Source: an uncultured Dehalococcoidia bacterium (lineage in GTDB: Bacteria > Chloroflexota > Dehalococcoidia > Lucifugimonadales > UBA826). Taken from it: 59,993 nucleotides of DNA. A program made the translations under genes and the position numbers. Positions 26,861-35,939 of this stretch are shown here, in pieces. The stretch is from positions 1-59,993 of the forward strand of contig CAZUHE010000001.1 in NCBI GenBank assembly GCA_964620395.1, in the 5' to 3' direction. The notes under the pieces were generated by a model that was given only the letters and a program-made list of their open reading frames with translations, searched no databases and was not told the DNA's origin. How positions within the stretch are numbered: position 1 is the stretch's first letter; each line of letters starts with the position of its first letter.

Positions 26861-27355
26861 ATGTTTGGCATATTTAACCAGTATTCATTTATAACGTTTG
26901 CAATTCTTTTGCTCGCCGCTGTGGGTTTTTTTGCTTGGAAAATATTACCGTGGCGTATGTTTGCAGTTTTAATGGTTGTTTTGCTGATTGCTTTGACGGC
27001 ATTTCAATACTATTCCAGTGCAAAGATCAATTCTTTGGAGACTGCGGAGGAATTGGATGAAGTGTTTATGTCGGGGAACCCCGTGATACTGTACTTGTAT
27101 TCTGACTATTGAGTGTCTTGCCTAGTGATCAAGCCTGCCGTTGACAGGTTGCAAGTGAAATTGACAGGTAGATATAGAGTGATACGTATTAATGTTCATT
27201 CGGAATTTGGTACAAGTTTGGCTAAGAAATATATAACCAGTACTGTGCCAGCATTTTTAGTATTTGATGCTAATGGAAAGGAAATAAAGAGATTTCACAG
27301 GGTGCCTGATTACGAAGTTTTGTTGAATGTTTCAAAAAATATCAATAAAAGCTGA
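26861..27355 (+). CDS. membrane-anchored thioredoxin-fold protein with in-frame TGA (candidate selenocysteine, U-V-S-C redox motif)
   Basis: Track ORFs 26861-27112 and 27113-27355 are in the same frame and separated only by TGA 27110-27112. The joined product has 2 TM helices, then ...GNPVILYLYSDY-[TGA]-VSCLVIKPAVDRL...RINVHSEFGTSLAKKYITSTVPAFLVFDANGKEIKRF. This is a thioredoxin fold in which TGA sits where the first Cys of CxxC belongs. If there is no recoding, these are two fragments. Confidence 0.55.
27117..27155 (+). promoter_or_regulatory. stem-loop 4 nt downstream of the in-frame TGA (candidate bacterial SECIS)
   Basis: The outer stem is CTTGC (27117-27121) / GCAAG (27151-27155). The inner stem is AGCCTG (27132-27137) / CAGGTT (27145-27150, with one G-U pair). 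The 7-nt apical loop CCGTTGA contains GU. It was folded by eye only. Confidence 0.4.
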
Positions 27356-27477
27356 TTAAAATGTAGTAAACAGGTAGTAATATTTGTAAAGTGGAACTGA
27401 CAGTAGATAGTTGTTCTTAATCAGACGCATAATCATAAGGTCCTAAGGCATTTAAATTGCCATAAGGAGGAAAGAAA

Positions 27478-28464
27478 ATGACGAGACAAAAAGTTTATGT
27501 GACGCGAAATATTGTTCCTGAGGCAATAGAAAAACTAGGCAAAATATTTGACATAGAGGTTTGGGAAAAACCAACTCCGGCCCCCAAAGATCTTATTATT
27601 CAAAAAGCCCAAGAATTTGATGGAATGATGATTGAATCCAATGACATAATGGATTCGGAAGTATTTGGATCGGCTGACAGGCTTAAGGTTGTTGGTACTA
27701 GGGCTATTGGGTACGATAATATCGACGTTTCGGCTGCGACCGAGAACAATATAGCTGTCGGTAATACACCGGGAATACTTCACGAATCTTGTGCTGACTT
27801 TACCTTTGGATTGATGCTATCCCTTGCTCGTCATATAACGCGATCCAACAGAGTGGTATATGGGGGTGATTGGAAAATATTTGATCAAACCCCATATCTG
27901 GGGACAGATGTTTACGGAAAAACGTTAGGGTTGATCGGGTTGGGTTTAATAGGATCTGCGGTCGCGAAACGTGCGATCGGGTTCGATATGAATGTGATCT
28001 ATTATTCCAGGACGAGAAAGATTGAATATGAAGAGAAATATGGCATTACATGGGTCTCTGATTTAGGAGAACTTCTAGAATCTTCTGACTACGTATCTGT
28101 ACATATTCCCCTTGGTCCTGACACCCAAAATTTTATTGGTAAGGAAGAATTGTCCCGTATGAATGAAAATGCCTTTTTGATTAATACATCAAGGGGCGGT
28201 ACTGTTGACCCTGATGCGTTAGCAGAAGCCTTACAAGCAGGCAAAATAGCAGGTGCTGGTTTGGACGTCACTGTTCCAGAACCAATTGACCCGGATCATC
28301 CGCTTGTGCATATGGATAATGTTATTATCACCCCTCATATCGCTAGTGCCAGTGCGGCTACTTTTACGAGGATGGGATTAATGGCAGCTGATAATGTAAT
28401 AAACTTTTTACAGGGAGAATCAATGCCTGCCTGTCTGAACCCCGAAGTACTACCTAGCGACTGA
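27478..28464 (+). CDS. D-isomer-specific 2-hydroxyacid dehydrogenase (glyoxylate/hydroxypyruvate reductase-like)
   Basis: 328 aa. It has the NAD motif [16 protein letters not shown], a catalytic context INTSRGG...D and ITPHIASAS. Strong SD AAGGAGG. Confidence 0.85.
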   Translation: MTRQKVYVTRNIVPEAIEKLGKIFDIEVWEKPTPAPKDLIIQKAQEFDGMMIESNDIMDSEVFGSADRLKVVGTRAIGYDNIDVSAATENNIAVGNTPGILHESCADFTFGLMLSLARHITRSNRVVYGGDWKIFDQTPYLGTDVYGKTLGLIGLGLIGSAVAKRAIGFDMNVIYYSRTRKIEYEEKYGITWVSDLGELLESSDYVSVHIPLGPDTQNFIGKEELSRMNENAFLINTSRGGTVDPDALAEALQAGKIAGAGLDVTVPEPIDPDHPLVHMDNVIITPHIASASAATFTRMGLMAADNVINFLQGESMPACLNPEVLPSD

Positions 28465-28472
28465 ATGCCATA

Positions 28473-29450
28473 ATGGGCCTTAGTTCTGTCGCATTTTGTT
28501 TTGTGCTTCTTGCCACTTTATTAAGCTCATGCAGTTATTTTTCGGAAGAAAAGGGTAAGACTGAAGAGCTTCCGTCCGTATTTTTTTCGAATTGGGATCC
28601 TACATCCACTCCTATACCACCGACATCAACTCCGGTACCACCGACACCAACTCCGGTACCACCGACACCAACTCCAGTACCACCGACACCAACTCCACTT
28701 CCTCTGAAAAGTGTGCAGTCTACTAGTATTGACTCTGGTGTTCAAAAAGCACTGCAATCACAAGGGTCTGAATCTCAATTTATATTGGACCAATCAAGCA
28801 TTGCTATGTCAGATTTGAGATCATATCAATTTGTTTTGAGTGGAACTGCTTTGCTGGATGCAGGGGGGTTACCGATGAAGGTCCCGATTACATCGGTTGG
28901 TAAGATTCAAGACGATAAAGCATCATCCAATTTTGAAACTTCTCTTATCGGTATGGTTATACCTGTTCAATCTTTTCAATCCGGAAGGGAAATTTATGTC
29001 AAGGATCCTTTTATGGGTAGGTGGTCCAGGACAAATGGGCCGGCTGCTGGTTTGATTTCTTATGATTTTTGGAGAAGTGTGGGCCGAGAAATTTTTAACC
29101 TACCTTTTTCAAAAGTAGCGGTAAAATCTGAGGGATCTCAACGTAACCATCATGAATTTGAACTAGGTCAAATATCCGATGTTGGTGCATTATTTGCTTT
29201 GTTGGGATTAAGTGGTGCCGAAGACTTTGACATTAAGGATGTCACTGGCAGAATGAAAATTGAAAAAAATTCGTATCATGTTTTGGATATTCAGTGTGGT
29301 TTTGTAATCGAACAAGGGGGCAAGTTTGTATCGGAGATATTGGGTCTGACTGGATTGTCTGGTTTGGGTGAATCAAAAATCGATATTGATGTGGAATTTA
29401 TGGGGTTTGATGAGGATATAGAAATAATTATTCCAGTTGGATTGGAATAA
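28473..29450 (+). CDS. lipoprotein with Pro/Thr-repeat linker, unknown function
   Basis: 325 aa. The signal plus lipobox is [10 protein letters not shown]. The linker [34 protein letters not shown] is followed by a globular domain with no family recognised. Confidence 0.6.
   Translation: MGLSSVAFCFVLLATLLSSCSYFSEEKGKTEELPSVFFSNWDPTSTPIPPTSTPVPPTPTPVPPTPTPVPPTPTPLPLKSVQSTSIDSGVQKALQSQGSESQFILDQSSIAMSDLRSYQFVLSGTALLDAGGLPMKVPITSVGKIQDDKASSNFETSLIGMVIPVQSFQSGREIYVKDPFMGRWSRTNGPAAGLISYDFWRSVGREIFNLPFSKVAVKSEGSQRNHHEFELGQISDVGALFALLGLSGAEDFDIKDVTGRMKIEKNSYHVLDIQCGFVIEQGGKFVSEILGLTGLSGLGESKIDIDVEFMGFDEDIEIIIPVGLE
28605..28697 (+). repeat. 21-bp in-frame tandem repeat (about 4 copies) encoding the PPTPTPV linker
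   Basis: The unit CCACCGACACCAACTCCGGTA occurs at 28617, 28638, 28659 and 28680 (the last copy partial) with 1-nt variants, plus a degenerate partial copy just upstream. Confidence 0.85.
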
Positions 29451-29530
29451 TTTTGCGCTGTGTTCCCCTTTTTACGTAATTGATCTCCAGCGTAATCAAA
29501 ATTGACGTTACTGGGCGCCGGGCGCAAAAT

Positions 29531-30904
29531 TTAATCGGTACTCAGAATACCCTTTCCTGGCTTCATCGCTACTTGCAAATTACCATCAGAAATAACCGGT
29601 ATCCCGTTAACTATGACGTGATCAATTCCTTCCGGCGCTGTTGTGGGATTTGTATATGTAGACGTATCGATTACTGTTGTGGGATTGAAAATAGTTATGT
29701 CAGCATCTGCGCCAGGGCTTATCCTACCCTTTTTTAAGAAAGCCTTAGCTCTATTCGATAAGCGATCTGCTGGCATTATAGTCATTTTCTTTATTGCTTC
29801 CATCCATGAAAGCTCACCTCGTTCTCTCACGTATCTACCCAATATTTTAGTGTAAGATCCGGCAGTTCGTGGGTGCCCCTTACCTTCCTGTATTATGCTG
29901 TCTGTTGCAATTATGGTCATAGGATTTAAAACAGCCTCGTCAACCGATTCTTCAGGTGTTGAGAACGCGATCACCCATCCACCCTGTTCTCTGTAATCTG
30001 CAAAAGATTCTGTATTCAGGAATTCGCCAGTATCAGGCCAAAGTAATTGGTCATAATCAATTCCGTAATGTTCTTGCCAGCCATCATCAAATAAGGCTGA
30101 TTCGATTTTTGTCATGCCTGCTGAATATGGGTAGCACTCTGTCGATATGTCCATACCGTGTTGTCTTGCGCCATCTATCATTTCTAAGAGGGTAGGCACT
30201 GCCTTCATTCCGGTACTGTTTATATGCACTACGTGAAGAGAGGCGTTTGTTATCGCAGCCGCAGCGATAACTTCTTGCAGTGCTTCAATCGAGTCATTGG
30301 GGCTTTTGTCTCCCTTTCCTCGCAAGTGGACGTGACATGATGCTTTGTTCTCCGATGCGATCTTAAACATGTCGATGATTTCTTTGCGGCTGGCTCCTCT
30401 CGTGTAATCCAATCCGAACCCTACGGCTAAAGCACCACTGTCCAGTCCTTTGGTGAGTAAGTGTTTCATCTCCTCAACTTCGTCGACAGTAGCCTCACGT
30501 CTGCCTGCATCTCCTGATGGCAGGAATGTTCCAGGGTCTTGCATGACCTTCATTCTTACAGGAATGTGACCTATACTCGATCCGAAGTTGATTGGCGTTT
30601 TGCCTTCCCATCTTTGGTAAAAATTGTCTATGTCATCAGTGCCGACTTCCAGTTCAAGCGTTGTGGTGACCCCGTCATGTGCTTGTACATTAAATATGTC
30701 CAAATCTTGAGGGTGACAATGGAGATCAATGAATCCCGGGCAGACAATCCTGTCTTTAGCATAGATAATCTTGTCCGCTTGAATTTTGGAGGCAGTTATT
30801 TCTGTTATCGTACCGTTTGATACGCCTATGTTTGCAGCGTAATCCATTCCAGAATGAGGATCTATGATTCGACCCCCTTCAATAGCTAAATCATTCTTAC
30901 TCAT
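29531..30904 (-). CDS. amidohydrolase family protein (N-acyl-D-amino-acid deacylase-like)
   Basis: 457 aa. Motifs seen are PGFIDLHCHPQ, later SCHVHLRG and LHVVHINS, and a C-terminal ADITIFNP typical of D-aminoacylase-type amidohydrolases. Confidence 0.65.
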   Translation of the reverse strand: MSKNDLAIEGGRIIDPHSGMDYAANIGVSNGTITEITASKIQADKIIYAKDRIVCPGFIDLHCHPQDLDIFNVQAHDGVTTTLELEVGTDDIDNFYQRWEGKTPINFGSSIGHIPVRMKVMQDPGTFLPSGDAGRREATVDEVEEMKHLLTKGLDSGALAVGFGLDYTRGASRKEIIDMFKIASENKASCHVHLRGKGDKSPNDSIEALQEVIAAAAITNASLHVVHINSTGMKAVPTLLEMIDGARQHGMDISTECYPYSAGMTKIESALFDDGWQEHYGIDYDQLLWPDTGEFLNTESFADYREQGGWVIAFSTPEESVDEAVLNPMTIIATDSIIQEGKGHPRTAGSYTKILGRYVRERGELSWMEAIKKMTIMPADRLSNRAKAFLKKGRISPGADADITIFNPTTVIDTSTYTNPTTAPEGIDHVIVNGIPVISDGNLQVAMKPGKGILSTD

Positions 30905-30980
30905 CTTATTAAGTAGATCCTTTAATCATCCTCTACATTTCCATAACACATACATCCCACAGGTGTTATCTAAGATATAT

Positions 30981-31304
30981 TTAGGAATCCCCCATCGCTT
31001 CAGGGTCAACCATTTCGTAAAACTCTATATGGTTAGCTTCAATTAATGGTCTATATTTGGCACCTGCATCCATTATTTCTTTGGGAATGTTATTTCCGGG
31101 TCTTCCGGGGGACATAATGCGGTCATCTGTCCATTCCAGAATGACGACATTTTGGTCACCTGGAAGCGTGCCTCCGTTATATGAGACAGTGAAATCCCCG
31201 CGGTGACCAGCATCCCTATATAACTTGGCTTGCTGGTAAACGAGTTTAGCAACGTTCCCTGCCTCTCTTGGTTTGGTTTTATAGACTCTTCTGATTCTGT
31301 ACAT
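30981..31304 (-). CDS. small conserved hypothetical protein
   Basis: 107-aa ORF with SD AGAGGGA. It sits between the kinase and amidohydrolase genes on the same strand. No family recognised. Confidence 0.5.
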   Translation of the reverse strand: MYRIRRVYKTKPREAGNVAKLVYQQAKLYRDAGHRGDFTVSYNGGTLPGDQNVVILEWTDDRIMSPGRPGNNIPKEIMDAGAKYRPLIEANHIEFYEMVDPEAMGDS

Positions 31305-31346
31305 GTTTCCCTCTTTCTTTCATTGGTTGAATATTCACTAAGAATA

Positions 31347-32333
31347 TCATGTTGGTTTGGTCATAAATTCTTTAATATCTTTCATGGTAGGCATTGCGGC
31401 TGTATCTCCAAGTTTTGTGCATGTTAAGGCCCCGCATATGTTAGCTATTTTTAAGGCCTTCCTCAGAATTTTACTCCTGGCGATAGGGGATATATCTTTT
31501 ACAGACTTAATGTCATGTTCCGCATTTAGTAAAGAGCCAATGAATCCTGCCACAAAAGCATCTCCTGCTCCAACCGGGTCGATAGATGTTACATTGATGC
31601 TACTTTCCGTTAGCATATTTTCCCCGTCGAAAAGAACAGCTCCTGATTCTCCTTGAGTGACGATAACTAGTCCCCCGGAAATATCATGAAATTGTTTAGC
31701 ATATTCATGCGCCGAACATCCCAAGGACCATATTGTTTCTGCTTCATCGAGTCCAAGTTTAAACAGGGTCGCATAAGGAATCATGCGGGTTATAGTAGTT
31801 CTGCACTCCTCTGGATTCCAGAGCTGTTCCCTGTAATTTACATCTATGCTTACAGGGACACCCATGCTCTGACAGGCTTCTAAAGATCGAAAAATGGTGT
31901 CTTTGCACTCGGTGCCAAGGGCTGGAGTAATGCCGGTGACATGTAGTAAATCTGCAGTAACTAAGTGTGGTTTTATTGATGCGAACCCAAGTTTACTGGC
32001 CGCACTGTCCTTCCTGTTATATGTCTTGATATGAAGATCATCTGGATAGTGGTTCAGTATTGATATGCCCGTCTTTTCACCATCCAATAATGGAGCGTCA
32101 ATTTCGATCCTATCAGACAGACTTTGTTGGACCAAAATACCTTGTTTATCATTTCCAAGTTGGCTTATCCAAATTACGTCGATGGAATTGGAAGTGATTT
32201 TTGCTAAGTTGACGGCAACATTTGATTCGGCGCCAGCGACATCTACCAAGTGGCTACTTTCTGAGTTGTACGGCCCCAAGTATTCCGCATTGTACTGGAC
32301 CATCGTTTCCCCAAACGTGACAAACTTGGTCAT
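31347..32333 (-). CDS. PfkB-family sugar kinase (2-dehydro-3-deoxygluconokinase-like)
   Basis: 328 aa. It has the N-terminal GETMV...GAESNVAV context and the C-terminal PfkB signature DPVGAGDAFVAGF. Its start directly abuts the stop of the upstream aldolase (TAAATG). Confidence 0.85.
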   Translation of the reverse strand: MTKFVTFGETMVQYNAEYLGPYNSESSHLVDVAGAESNVAVNLAKITSNSIDVIWISQLGNDKQGILVQQSLSDRIEIDAPLLDGEKTGISILNHYPDDLHIKTYNRKDSAASKLGFASIKPHLVTADLLHVTGITPALGTECKDTIFRSLEACQSMGVPVSIDVNYREQLWNPEECRTTITRMIPYATLFKLGLDEAETIWSLGCSAHEYAKQFHDISGGLVIVTQGESGAVLFDGENMLTESSINVTSIDPVGAGDAFVAGFIGSLLNAEHDIKSVKDISPIARSKILRKALKIANICGALTCTKLGDTAAMPTMKDIKEFMTKPT

Positions 32334-33092
32334 TTATTTTCTGGCCTTGTCTATTTCTTTTTGCATTTGACCAGCTCCTTGTGCTAGCCATGGAAGCCAG
32401 CTAAATGAGAAGAAACTAGCACCCATATCGACGTAACGAGAGATGGTTTGTTCGGTTACAAGAGTTCCTGCCACTTTGCCACTGCTAGCAATTTGTTTGA
32501 TCGAGTCACCCACAACCTTGGTCACTTCTGTACTTCCAGCTCCACCGGGCATTCCCATGGATTGTGCTAGATCACCAGGGGCAACATAGAAAACATCAAT
32601 ATGGTCAACCTCTAAAATCTCATCTAGGTTATTAACAGCCACAATATCTTCAATTAATATTATTGTTAACGTGGCATCATTTGCTTTTGAAAAATAATTG
32701 TCGACTCCTATGCCCTGGCGGCTTGTAAACGACCCTCTCATTCCAAGTGGAGCGAATTTGGAAGCGGACACGACTGCCTCGGCTTCACTTTTTGTGTTAA
32801 CGTGTGGAATTGCCACTCCCTGGGCACCAAGATCAAAGGTTCTATAGATAACGCCCGGTTCATTCTGATGTACTCTAACTATGGGGCTCATGCCCCATAA
32901 ATCACAGGCACGTGTTAAGTCCGGTATGTTGTTGAAATCAACAGGGCCATGTTCTCCCTCCAGCCATATACCGTCAAATCCAAGGGGCCCAAAATGCTCA
33001 ATGATGTCCCCGTTTAATGGTCCCATTGGGATGGCTACAATTTCACCATTATTTAAGTTGTTCTTAATCTTGTTATCTCTCAGCTCTACCAT
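32334..33092 (-). CDS. HpcH/HpaI-family class II aldolase (2-keto-3-deoxy-acid aldolase)
   Basis: 252 aa from MVELRDNKIKNNLNNGE. ATG 33092 has AAGGAG 8 nt upstream, whereas the track start 33146 would overlap the upstream gene. Family contexts seen are DGIWLEGEHGP, PIVRV and IEDIVAVNNLDEIL. Confidence 0.8.
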   Translation of the reverse strand: MVELRDNKIKNNLNNGEIVAIPMGPLNGDIIEHFGPLGFDGIWLEGEHGPVDFNNIPDLTRACDLWGMSPIVRVHQNEPGVIYRTFDLGAQGVAIPHVNTKSEAEAVVSASKFAPLGMRGSFTSRQGIGVDNYFSKANDATLTIILIEDIVAVNNLDEILEVDHIDVFYVAPGDLAQSMGMPGGAGSTEVTKVVGDSIKQIASSGKVAGTLVTEQTISRYVDMGASFFSFSWLPWLAQGAGQMQKEIDKARK

Positions 33093-33136
33093 AATTTTTA
33101 CTCCTTTTGATTTTTCTATAAGTTTTGGTCGATTTA

Positions 33137-34126
33137 TTAATACCACTTACTCTTATCAACCACATTTTCTAGTTTCTCGTCTTTTAAAAACCTACGAGCG
33201 TTTTCTAGCAAGACCTGAAATCTTCTGTCAGGTAAATTGTCAGCGTCAGCGACTGCCACGTGAGGCGTCATGAGCACATTGTTGAGTTTCCAAAGTTTGT
33301 GGTCTTCAGGCAGAGGTTCTGTTTCGAATACATCTAATCCGCAACCGGCTATTTCACCATTTTCAATAGCTTCTGCGAGGTCGTCTAGTTTACACACCAT
33401 ACCTCTGCCTATATTAATAAAATAGGCAGTGTTTTTCATGAGTTTAAATCTGGCGGAGTCAAACGTAAATTCAGTTTCAGGTGTGTGGGGAACTGTGGTA
33501 ATGATGAAGTCTGCACGTGGAATATGTCTGTCAAGCTGATCAGGGCTGTATATTTCAATACCAGGTATTTCGTGTTCGGGCCTAGGGTCAATACCTATTA
33601 CTTTCATACCAAATTGAGCACATAATCGTGCGGTTTCGTGACCTATGCCACCTACACCATTAATTAATGCCGTTGCATCTCCAAGGAAAATATAAGGGGT
33701 TTTTCTTGCATTTTTGTCCCACTTATGTTGTCTCCTTGCATCTTCAAACCATGGAAGTCCCCTTGATAGCGACAGCACAAACATCATAATGTGGTGAGAT
33801 ATATGGTCCCAATATATACCGCGAGGGTTAGTTATAGTTAAAGGGTGATTACAAAGTTCCTCGTAGTAATAACCGAAAAATGGGCCCGCGTCAGGATTGT
33901 GTAGCCATTTGATCTTCTTAGCGTTTTCAAGATATTCGGGAGCAATCCATCCCATGGCGGCATCTGCATCCCTTATAACTTCTAAGGTTTCCTCTTTAGA
34001 TTCAGGGCAGTGAACATCGAATTCGGGTAAAGTGTCAGCTAGTTTTGCGGCTAATTGATGCCTAAATTCGTTGTCAGATTGTTGATTTGAACCTTCTCTT
34101 GGCGGCATAAAAACAAACTTGGGCAT
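33137..34126 (-). CDS. D-isomer-specific 2-hydroxyacid dehydrogenase family protein
   Basis: 329 aa. It has the NAD motif GVGGIGHETARLCAQFGMKVIGID, then INIGRG...D and LMTPHVA. SD GGGAGA. Confidence 0.8.
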   Translation of the reverse strand: MPKFVFMPPREGSNQQSDNEFRHQLAAKLADTLPEFDVHCPESKEETLEVIRDADAAMGWIAPEYLENAKKIKWLHNPDAGPFFGYYYEELCNHPLTITNPRGIYWDHISHHIMMFVLSLSRGLPWFEDARRQHKWDKNARKTPYIFLGDATALINGVGGIGHETARLCAQFGMKVIGIDPRPEHEIPGIEIYSPDQLDRHIPRADFIITTVPHTPETEFTFDSARFKLMKNTAYFINIGRGMVCKLDDLAEAIENGEIAGCGLDVFETEPLPEDHKLWKLNNVLMTPHVAVADADNLPDRRFQVLLENARRFLKDEKLENVVDKSKWY

Positions 34127-34152
34127 AGGTTGATCTCCCGTTTTACATAAAA

Positions 34153-34932
34153 TTAAAGGTTTTTTAAATATTTAATCACTGGTATATGTTCCCATTCGTC
34201 ACAAGTATATTCGCTTACGCAAAAAGTCTCTTCCTGTTCAGATTGCCCTTTCTTATTTGTTGTTTGATTAGATAATTGGTCCGCAATTTCTTGTGCGTCC
34301 TGTTGGCTTTCGTAATTTCTGAGAGCTGTTATCTTTTTATCAATTGTTTGACTTATATCAACTACAATATCCATTTTCTTTTCTTGTGGACTCAGTTCTA
34401 AAGAATATAGGTCAGCAAGCTCAGGCCTCATTGAAGGATATAGAAGAGCTAGGTGGGTAGATTCTTTATTGTGACTGGAATATTTTTCAAAAGCAGAAAG
34501 TGTGGCTTTGTGTATGGCGATGTGATCAGAATGTCCTGAAATTCCACTAGGTCCAAAAGTTACTACTATGTTTGGGTTAACATATTGCATGATCGATAAA
34601 ATTTTGGCTGACAAAATCGATTTATCTTCGTTAATCAATTCCTGATCTTTATAGCGCAGCATAAACGGGGGATGGCACCCAAACATGTCGAGGTTTTTGT
34701 GTAATTCTGACTCCCTTATTGCTGGAAGTTCATCCTTTGATATTACTAAATTGTTGCTGCCAAGGCTGCCAAGTTCCCCTCCAGTTCCAGTTATTACATA
34801 TGCTTTATTACCCTGACTTATCCATTTGATCATGGTTCCTGCACTGGCAGAGGTTTCGTCGTCAGGATGTGCGAAAACCCCTAACCACACGTATGGGAGT
34901 GCATGATTACCAGGTTTTTGTTTTGAAATCAT
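34153..34932 (-). CDS. PIG-L / LmbE-family N-acetylglucosaminyl deacetylase
   Basis: The Zn motif is VFAHPDDET, followed by GHSDH. ATG is at 34932; the TTG one codon upstream is the alternative start. Confidence 0.8.
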   Translation of the reverse strand: MISKQKPGNHALPYVWLGVFAHPDDETSASAGTMIKWISQGNKAYVITGTGGELGSLGSNNLVISKDELPAIRESELHKNLDMFGCHPPFMLRYKDQELINEDKSILSAKILSIMQYVNPNIVVTFGPSGISGHSDHIAIHKATLSAFEKYSSHNKESTHLALLYPSMRPELADLYSLELSPQEKKMDIVVDISQTIDKKITALRNYESQQDAQEIADQLSNQTTNKKGQSEQEETFCVSEYTCDEWEHIPVIKYLKNL

Positions 34933-35062
34933 CAATAGTGTTTTTCCTCAAAAATCCGTTAGTATGGTGACATCAATTATATCTAGATGATTAAACGTAG
35001 CGTACATGCCTATTTTCGTACCTGAATTTATATCAATATTGCTGAATAAAAGGAAAAACACT

Positions 35063-35929
35063 TTGGAAAAAAGAAGATTAGGAAAGACTGGACAAGAAAG
35101 TACTGTGGTGACATTTGGGGCTTATTCAATAGGGAAAGTAAGCCAAGAAGAGGCAGATAATGCGATTGAAGCGTGTCTAGACTACGGAGTCAATCACGTG
35201 GATATTGCGCCAGGATATGCTGATTCAATGGAGAGAATTGCTCCGTGGATGCCTGAATTGAAAAATAAAATGTTTCTCGGATCTAAAACTCCTATGCGTA
35301 CCCGCGATGAAGCTTGGAGTAACGTTGAAGACATCATGAATCGTATGGCGGTGGACTCATTTGATCTTTTTCAGCTTCATTCAGTTATAGATATGGATAC
35401 CTTGGATGCGGTAACGGCGGATGACGGTGCTTTGACGACTCTTTTGGAGATGAGAGACCAGGGGTTAACAAAATGGATCGGCATTACTGGGCATGGTCCC
35501 CTGGCACCCGAGGTACAACTCGAAGCTCTTCAAAGGTATGATTTTGATACTGTGATGTTTCCGGTGAATGTAGCGATGTACAAAAATAGTGCTTATAGAA
35601 ATTCATCAGAAAAGCTAATTGCTGAATGTCGAAAGAAAGATGTTGGGATTCAGACTCTGAAAATGATTGCTAGAGGTGGATGGGGTGGCAAAGTTAAAGA
35701 TTGTGGGACATGGTACGATCCCTATAGAGAACAGGAAGATATTGATAATGCTTTATGGTGGCAGTTATCCCAACCCATTCACACGGCTCCAAGTTGCGGA
35801 GAAATAAGCCTTTTAGGGAAAGTACTGGATGCAGCTGAGAGGTTTGAAAAATTGTCTGAGCAAAAACAGCATAAGCTGATTCAATCGCAAAGTCCGCCGT
35901 TGCCAGAGCCTAAACTAGCTATCCTATGA
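35063..35929 (+). CDS. aldo/keto reductase
   Basis: The family N-terminus LEKRRLGKTGQESTVVTFGA begins at TTG 35063, preceded by AAGGA 7 nt upstream. The track ORF from ATG 35006 adds 19 non-conserved residues. HVDIAPGY is also present. Confidence 0.8.
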   Translation: MEKRRLGKTGQESTVVTFGAYSIGKVSQEEADNAIEACLDYGVNHVDIAPGYADSMERIAPWMPELKNKMFLGSKTPMRTRDEAWSNVEDIMNRMAVDSFDLFQLHSVIDMDTLDAVTADDGALTTLLEMRDQGLTKWIGITGHGPLAPEVQLEALQRYDFDTVMFPVNVAMYKNSAYRNSSEKLIAECRKKDVGIQTLKMIARGGWGGKVKDCGTWYDPYREQEDIDNALWWQLSQPIHTAPSCGEISLLGKVLDAAERFEKLSEQKQHKLIQSQSPPLPEPKLAIL

Positions 35930-35939
35930 TGTTAAAGGC

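Noticed and set aside
27110-27112. TGA read as Trp/Gly under an alternative genetic code, or as a simple pseudogene stop
   Set aside because: TGA terminates several clearly complete genes in this window (for example 10988-10990 and 28462-28464), which argues against global reassignment. A random nonsense mutation would not be expected to fall exactly on the redox Cys codon with an intact frame and a downstream hairpin. A pseudogene cannot be fully excluded; this is covered in the finding.
28605-28697. Tandem repeat checked as a possible CRISPR or minisatellite
   Set aside because: The repeats are contiguous with no spacers, in frame, and lie inside a CDS encoding a PT linker. This is not a CRISPR array.
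29451-29530. Convergent intergenic region with GCGCC-GG-GCGC and distant TTTTGCGC / GCGCAAAA complementarity, checked as a bidirectional terminator
   Set aside because: The local stem is only 4 bp with a 3-nt loop, and no U-tract is positioned correctly on either strand. The long-range pairing is 60 nt apart. The support is too weak to call.
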